DNA of 64,000 nucleotides. Origin: Octopus vulgaris (Eukaryota). The DNA lies in contig OX597816.1 in the NCBI GenBank assembly GCA_951406725.2, forward strand, positions 160,022,001-160,086,000. The letters run 5' to 3'. How positions within the stretch are numbered: position 1 is the stretch's first letter; each line of letters begins with the position of its first letter. Positions 55,465-64,000 of the stretch are shown here, one piece after another. The position numbers were made by a program, and so were the translations under genes. The notes under the pieces were generated by a model that saw only the letters and a list, made by a program, of their open reading frames with translations, ran no database searches and had not been told where the DNA came from.

Positions 55465-55760
55465 CGTGGTTAAGTGGTTAGTGTTTTCTGCAGACGGTCG
55501 TAAGCTCATGAGTTCGATTCCTGGCGGCGCATTGTGTCTTTGAATGAGACGTTTTATTTCACGTTGCTCCACTTCAGTCAGCGGGCAAATATGAACTCTA
55601 TCTGTACGTGAAAGGCAAGCCTGATCACGTTCTGTATCGTGTTGAATTTCTCTGAGAACTATATCATTCTGTAGGGTGCTCAACCACTTGCGCGTTGATT
55701 TCACAAACAGGCAGTTCCGTTGATCGGATCAGCTGGAAACCTCGCCGTTGTAACGGACGT
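55465..55760 (+). mobile_element. SINE family C', diverged
   Basis: A box TGGTTAAGTGG, B box GTTCGATTCC, tail shared with 3636-3962. Confidence 0.85.
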
Positions 55761-56990
55761 GGTATCAGTCATTTTTGTTTGCTTGTTTCAATTCGATCCG
55801 ATATCCTTCCCCATCTCACACAAACATACGGATTCAGAAGGGACCCGTCCAGGTGCAGGGATAGTTGTCATTCAGTCATTAACCTAGAAACATATGAGAG
55901 AATGTATAGGGTTTCCTTGATCTTGTCTCCTTGACATTGATACATCAGACGGATAGCCTACTTTCTCTTTCTCTCCCTCTTTCTCTCTCTCTGTTTCTGT
56001 CTGTCTGTCTGTCTGCTTCTGTCTTTCTCTCTCTTACTCCCTCTCTCTTTCTCTCTTCTTTTGAAAGCCACGCTGGATAAAGTAATCCTGCATATGCTTG
56101 TCTGAAAAACAAAACAGGGTGGTCACGTATGGAATGTTTTTTGATAAGCAGAGTCGTAGCGTTCCAGCTCTCTGCACTTTGAGTTAAAAATCACCCTGAA
56201 ATCAATTTTGTGTTTTGTACTTTCAGGGTCGATAAACAAAGTTTTGAGTTCAAATGTTGCCTGGGTACCACTGCTAACCATTTGGTCACGACAACACTCT
56301 GCAAGCCTCGCAGTTTTCTTGTATGGACATGCAGGCCCTCAACCAGCAATTAAATAAACAGGAAAAGGCTTGCTGCAGGTTACCCTGGAGCGGATAGAAA
56401 ACAACTGAATATAATGGATAGCAGACAAGAACTGGAGACGAAGTAATCGCCCACCACGGTATTCCCGGTATTTTACCAATCTTAAGGGGACCATTTGGCT
56501 GAGTTGTTAGGGCATCGGATATTTGTTGGCTTATTTATTGCTTTACCTCTTTAACGAACTGAAAGATTTATTTCGAGGCTCTACAAACGGAATAACAAAA
56601 TAAATAAATACATAAATAAATAAATAAATAAATAGGCGCCAACCACATGGTTCCGAGTTCAGTCCCGCTGTGCGGCACCTTTTCAACTATCCATCGATAT
56701 TTGTTGCGGCCCTCTGCGGATCGATTTTGGTTTTCACCCTTTCGGAGTCGATAAATTGAAATAAACGAATAGATAAATTAAATAAAATCATCAATAGACG
56801 TAGGAGTGGCTATGTGGTAAATATAGGCGTAGGAGTGGCTGTGCGGTAAGTAGCCCGCTTACGAACCGCATAGTTCCGGGTTCATTCCCACTGTATAGCA
56901 CTTTGGGCAAGTGTCTTCTACTACAGCCTCAGGCCGACCAAAGCCTTGTGAGTAGATTTGGTAGACGGAAACTGAAAGAAGCCCGTCGTA

Positions 56991-57140
<150 letters not shown>

Positions 57141-57835
57141 CGTGTGTCTGTGTCCCTCCAGCATCGCTTGACAACCGATGCTGGTGTGTTTACGTCCCCG
57201 TAACTTTGCGGTTCGGCAAAAGTGTCCTATAGAATAAGTACTAGGCTTCCAGAGAATAAGTCCTGGGGTCGATTTGCTCGACTAAAGGCGGTGCTCCAGC
57301 ATGGCCACAGTCAAATGACTGAAACAAGTAAAGAAGAGTAAAAGAGAATCCCATGCTGATGTGACGCCCTCTCCCTTCCGCTTTCAAATCCTGGTTGCTC
57401 TCATGAATAAAGAGTGGCGGAGGGGACGAGTAAAAAGTGTCAATGTCTACTCGAAACGACACGGGAGTCTTAAGACAATTAGTCTAAGAACGGTACACAA
57501 TATAAGCGACAGCTGAGCACTTGGGGGTCAATGTAATCGACTAGCCCCTTCCCCGCAAATTTCAGGCCTTGTGCCTATAGTAAAAAAACAAAAAAAGTTT
57601 GTCCTGAAATATTTTACTTGTTTCAGTCATTTGACTGCGGCCATGCTGGAACACCGTCTTTAGTCAAACAAACCGATCCCAAGACTTACTCTTTGCAAAC
57701 CAAGTACTTCTTCTATTGGTCTCTTTTGCTGAACCGCTAAGTTACAGGGATATATACGCCCCCAACTTCGGTTCTCAAGAGATGGTGTGGGGACAAATAC
57801 AGACACACAAATACATACATACATACATACATTGG

Positions 57836-57957
57836 TCTTCTTCTTCTTCTTCTTCTTCTTCTTCTTCTTCTTCTTCTTCTTCTTCTTCTTCTTCTTCTTC
57901 TTCTTCTTCTTCTTCATTCTTCTTCTTCTTCTTCTTCTTCTTCTTCTTCTTCTTCTT

Positions 57958-57987
<30 letters not shown>
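57836..57987. repeat. (TTC)n microsatellite
   Basis: Seen directly. Confidence 0.98.
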
Positions 57988-57988
<1 letters not shown>

Positions 57989-58164
57989 ATCCCACTCTCG
58001 TTTCTCTTAGACCGAACCGCTAAGTTACTTGGATGTAAACACACCAACACGGGTTGTGAAGCAGTGGTGGGAGACAAACACAAAGGCACATACAAACACA
58101 CAGACACAGACACACACACACACACACGCACACGCACACGCACGCACACACGCACGCACACACG

Positions 58165-58247
<83 letters not shown>

Positions 58248-58729
58248 ACGACGGTCTTCTTTCAGTTTCTGTCTAAAAATTTCACTCGCAAAGGCTTTAG
58301 TCGGCTCGAGGATAGAGTAGAAAAGGTGCCGCACAGCGGGATTGAACTCGGAACCATGTGGTTGGCGCCTATTTATTTATTTATTTATTTATTTTGTTAT
58401 TGCGTTTGTAGAGCCTCGAAATAAATCTTTCAGTTTGTTAAAGAGGTAAAACAATAAACAAGCCAACAAGATAATGTGCAAAACACGAAGGAAAGAAGTG
58501 TGAAAGGTGATGGGGATGGGGAGAAATAAGAAGAGAAGAAAGAACAAAGCAGAGGAACGAGAAGAGAACAAAATGAATGAAAAAGATCAGGAATACAAGG
58601 AATATGAAGGAATATGAAGTGGAATTGAAAGACAAAGTGAGAAAAGAAGGGAAAGAGAGGGAGAGAGAGAGTGTGTGTAGAAGGTCTAAAAGGAATATGT
58701 GGTAAGAGGGAGAGAAGAGATGGTAGAAG

Positions 58730-58767
<38 letters not shown>

Positions 58768-58908
58768 TGTGTGAGAGAGAAAGAGAGAGAGAGAGAGTGT
58801 GTGTGTGGGAGAAAGAGAGAGAGAGAGAAGGGAAAAGAGAAGACTTGAAGAGATTCAATCCCTGGGAGTTACTTCAAAAAGTGTTGATAGATAGATAGAT
58901 AGACAGAC

Positions 58909-58951
<43 letters not shown>

Positions 58952-58956
58952 CAGAC

Positions 58957-59022
<66 letters not shown>

Positions 59023-59060
59023 ATAGACAGATAGATAGATAGACAGACAGATAGACAGAC

Positions 59061-59122
<62 letters not shown>

Positions 59123-59175
59123 ACAATGAGGGAATGAGAGTGAAAGAAAATGTCGAGTGAAAGTGAGTGCATGTG

Positions 59176-59239
<64 letters not shown>

Positions 59240-59797
59240 CGTACGTGTTTGAGAAAGAATAAACCGAAAGACTAAAACAAAGAGAGCGAGTGAAAGAGAT
59301 AGCAAGAATGTATGTGTCTTACGATTGTTAAAGAACCATAGTAAGAGATAAGATCCCTAACAAAAAAAAAAAAAAATTATAATAAAATGAAAGAAATGAT
59401 TCTGTTGGTCGTATCCAGCTATGGTAGATGTGTTAGATCCAACTTTTATCAGGTCATAAAACCAATTTCTCACCTTCAACAAAATGTAAAGCAGCCAATT
59501 AAAAGACTATAAAACTGGTGGGAGACTTCTAATATAAATCAAATGTTAATTTTAACGTGGGAGAAAAATGGTTTCCAGAACATTCCGACATCTTTTTCTA
59601 CTTCGACATTGTGTGTAAGTGTGTGTGTGTGTGTGTGTGTGTGTGACTTAACGAAAAGTTGCCGTGATTTTCTGCAAGACAAATGAACGCAAGTGGTGGC
59701 TCGCACTCTCGCCCTTGTATATCCCACGTGGGTGTAATTCGAACGGCAGAGAAGACAAATTTAAATACAGTTTTGATTTAAAACCCTATAATGTCGA

Positions 59798-59831
<34 letters not shown>

Positions 59832-59996
59832 TTACTTACGTACATATATGAGTGTGTATAAGCAGCATATTATGTCGAGTTTATGTTCGCAAGATAAGTA
59901 TCAGCCATAACTCGGTGTTACGTGTATGTGTGGAGGCAAGTTTCATGTGACAGAGTCAGGAATACTCAATATCACGAATGTAGAGATGAAGTACGT

Positions 59997-60064
<68 letters not shown>

Positions 60065-61108
60065 TGTGTATTAAATTACTGGTTTGTTAATAGTATATCG
60101 TGACGTATATTTGCCATTTAAATATGGCTAACCCCTAAGGGTGGATGCTACTGTAGTTTGTAGCCCCAGGAGGACACCTCCTCCAGCAGGCTTTAGACAC
60201 ACTTTCTGTGCCCTGTTAGTATTTGCAAAGGGAAGCCACCCTTCCCGTCTTCAACTTATGATACACACGGACTCGAGTTTCTGAATATTGACCCGTCATT
60301 GGCGTGTGACAATCACAGTTGTCGATGAAAAGTAGGATCCCTCTGCAAACACTTATCCCTTTTCCAGTATCGTAAAGACACTGATATCGTATTGCTTCAT
60401 TGCTATAACGTACAAGAGAATATATTTATAGAGTTCTAGCCATCCCTGCAATAGATGCAAAACGTTTTATCTGTATAAATGCAGTATGTTCATGGACAGA
60501 AGAAGGAACAGTTGTATATGCTACCAAGAAAGCATCAAATATGGAAGTTGGCCTATCCAGTCAGCTTTAGTTATCAATATCAGTGGATTTTATAAACAGC
60601 CTGTTCGTAGAAAGTGTACAAGCTGCTAATGAGACCCCTGTTAAAGAAAGTGTACAGCTGCTCAAACAGAGTTGAAATATGCAGTTATTCTTTCTTTTTC
60701 TGTCTATGGACATTTGTATATACTCATAGCAACATACAATGTCGGCTAAAAGTCTGTAGATATGCTCTATAGCGCGCGCGTATGTATACATACATACATG
60801 CGTATCTTTTATTTTTACTTGTTTCAGTCATTAGGATGCGGCCATGCTGGAGCACAACTTTAGAGAATTTTTTATCGGGCAAATACTCTTTACTCTCTTT
60901 TACTTATTTCAGTCATTTGACTGTGGCCATGCTGGAGCACCGCCTTTAGTCGAGCAAATCGACCCCAGGACTTATTCTTTGGAAGCCCAGTACTTATTCT
61001 ATCGGTCTCTTTTGCCGAACCGCTGAGTTACAGGGACGCAAACACACCAGCATCGGTTGTCAAGTGATGTTGGGGGGACAAACACAGACACAGACACACA
61101 GACACACA

Positions 61109-61160
<52 letters not shown>

Positions 61161-61663
61161 CATATATACGATAGGTTTCTTTCAGTTTCCGTCTACCAAA
61201 TCCACTCACAAGGCTTTGGTCGGCCCGCGGCTATAGTAGAAGACACTTGCCCAAGGAGCCACGCAGTGGGACTGAACCCGGAACCATGTGGTTGGTAAGC
61301 AAGCTACTTACCACGTATTTATTTTGTCTTTCATCTTTCTGGGGTAAAGAAACTCAAGTACCAGTAATGAACTGAAGTCAATTTAATTGATCTCAATCAC
61401 CTTCAAATTGCTGCTGTTGTTCTTAAATTTGAAGCCATTGTTATCAAAGGAGATGAATGGTAGAATCGGTAGAAAGGCTGCGAAAATAACGTGCAGTGTT
61501 TAATTATATTTCTTTACGTTCTCAGTTCAAATCCAACTGAGGTCAACTTCACTTTTCATTCTTTCGGGGCGGTGAAACTAATGTATGTATATACTACGTA
61601 CGTGTGTGTGTGTGCGGGCGCGTGCGTGCGTCGTGCATGCGTGTATGTATTTAGCAATATACT

Positions 61664-61720
<57 letters not shown>

Positions 61721-61722
<2 letters not shown>

Positions 61723-61886
61723 GGAGTAAACACATAAATGTGAAACAAGGTGAAAAAAGAGTACTCAAATACCAGTGGTAGAGTAATATGCTTTATTTAA
61801 AGCAGCAGAACTGTCCGATGAATGGCAACGGGAAACTCAGAGTAACAGGTTTTGCTGAATTTTCTGCTGCTTTAAATAAAGTATAT
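61721..61886. mobile_element. Penelope-like fold-back insert in (TA)n with a hammerhead motif as its loop
   Basis: Arms CTTTATTTAAAGCAGCAGAA / TTCTGCTGCTTTAAATAAAG enclose CTGT-CCGATGA-ATGGCAACGG-GAAA-CTCAGAG-TA-ACAG (61811-61848). Confidence 0.78.
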
Positions 61887-61892
61887 ATATAA

Positions 61893-62339
<447 letters not shown>

Positions 62340-62644
62340 TATCCTCGTGTATTGCTGTGTCGTTGCCTTTGGATGTTATACTGGTTGTTGATGTTAGTAT
62401 GGTCCGCTGACTTCACTTATTTTAAGTAGCGTTTTCTAGAAACAAGGTCAAAATACAGTTGGTGTCAGTCACTCCGATTTATTCCATCAGCACATGGCCC
62501 CTTCCCTCTTATGGAACGAGATTTTTTTCTGTTGAATGTGTTTTGATTTGAAGAGCTCTAGAATGAATGATTTCGCTATCGTATTTCCTTCGAATAACTT
62601 CATTATCCGTTGCCGATAATTACGGAAAATAACCACAGTATTGG

Positions 62645-62740
<96 letters not shown>

Positions 62741-64000
62741 TCTAGCAGAGATACCCGGCGTTGCCTGTGTTACATACAATTGAAGAATTAGACTTTTCTG
62801 TTATATTTGCTCTAATGAACTGGAATATCTATGTTTCGAATTCATCAAAATTGCAGATGAGGGTTATTTTCCTCTTTACACCACCACCCCCAAAAAATTG
62901 TAATCGTGCCACATATACTCCCATACTACTGATTTTTATGCGCATATTCCAAAATTCCAGTCTTATTGAACCTGTTAAAAAGATTTTGCTCCTGAAAAAT
63001 GAAGGTCATGGAGCTCTAAAATGTGAGAGTTAAGGCCCCTGTTGGGGGTGGGCATCTTAATGTCAACCAGAGAAGTTGAATTGTTGAGAATCTTTTTTAC
63101 TTGGGTCTTCTATTCTTTGAATTTCTTTGAAATAGGAAATATATGTTCAGTGGGTTTGTAAAAGTGAGCAAAGCTACAGGAAACCAAAAGACGAATGATC
63201 ACAATAAGCAGTCAGTTACCCTACCCTAGTCGTTACCACTCCCAATGTAGGATTCCTCACCATCCAGGTGACAGGCACAGCCATAAGACTCATTACGAAT
63301 CTATAGCAATTGGAAGAGCGTGACCCAACTGAAATAAACATTAACAACTGTGTGACGTGAGGGCTAAGGAGAAATGAAAGTTGGAGTTTGCAAATGACCA
63401 CTATACTGATACGTAACTGGACAGAATAAACATACAATCTATAAATGTCTTTGAATAACCAGTCACTCATCTGGGAAGGCCTTGAAATCAATGTTACCAT
63501 GTGAGGACTATGTGTGGACCCAGTGATAATAAAAAGACTGAAAGGAGATCTGCAATCAAATAACTTTACTCAACACTTTGTAACTGAATCAGTGGAGGCA
63601 AAGATGCCTCTCATTTACTCGACAATTTACGCCAAGTTACCACACAGTGGGACTGAAGTGAGGACCATGTGTTTTGGAACGAAGTTTGTTACCACACAGC
63701 CACACCTGCATCTGTGTGTGTGTGTGTATGCATGTATATATATATGAATATATATGTGAACATATTATATGTACATCTATATATATATACATCTACACAT
63801 ATACATGTATACATATACATCTATATGAATAGAAATAAATGTATACATATACCGCTATACACACATACACACACACACACATACATAGGTGCAGGTGTGG
63901 ATGTGTGGTAACAAAATTCGTTCCAAAACACATGGTCCTGGGTTAAATATTAAATGTAAAATAATAAGGTTGAAAAATTGAATATTAATTTGATTAATAT

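Noticed and set aside
60430-60770. Cys-rich, transposase-like decayed reading frames (also 63200-63530, 23560-23930, 21230-21600, 27420-27780)
   Set aside because: They contain multiple stops and no motif I can name with confidence.

Overview
A repeat-saturated, AT-rich eukaryotic window. The SINE families and microsatellite load look like a coleoid cephalopod, most likely Octopus (inference from recognised repeat types, not a database result). I find no convincing host protein-coding gene; most long ORFs in the track are translated microsatellites, and the rest that I could interpret are decayed transposon fragments. Supported content: five intact-looking tRNA-Arg(TCG) genes (8083-12945), many tRNA-derived SINEs, and decayed Tc1/mariner, hAT, Helitron/Helentron and LINE (L1/Tx1-like, RTE, RLE-type) fragments, plus two minisatellites. 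The most interesting signal is a dispersed set of short, often fold-back, Penelope-like inserts in or beside microsatellites that carry minimal type I hammerhead-ribozyme motifs with palindromic stem III. Several unrelated families share a non-canonical CCGANGA (U4->C) core. The tRNA cluster also records an apparent unequal crossover inside the tRNA gene, which produced a chimeric copy. All folds and alignments were done by eye, and repeat boundaries are approximate.
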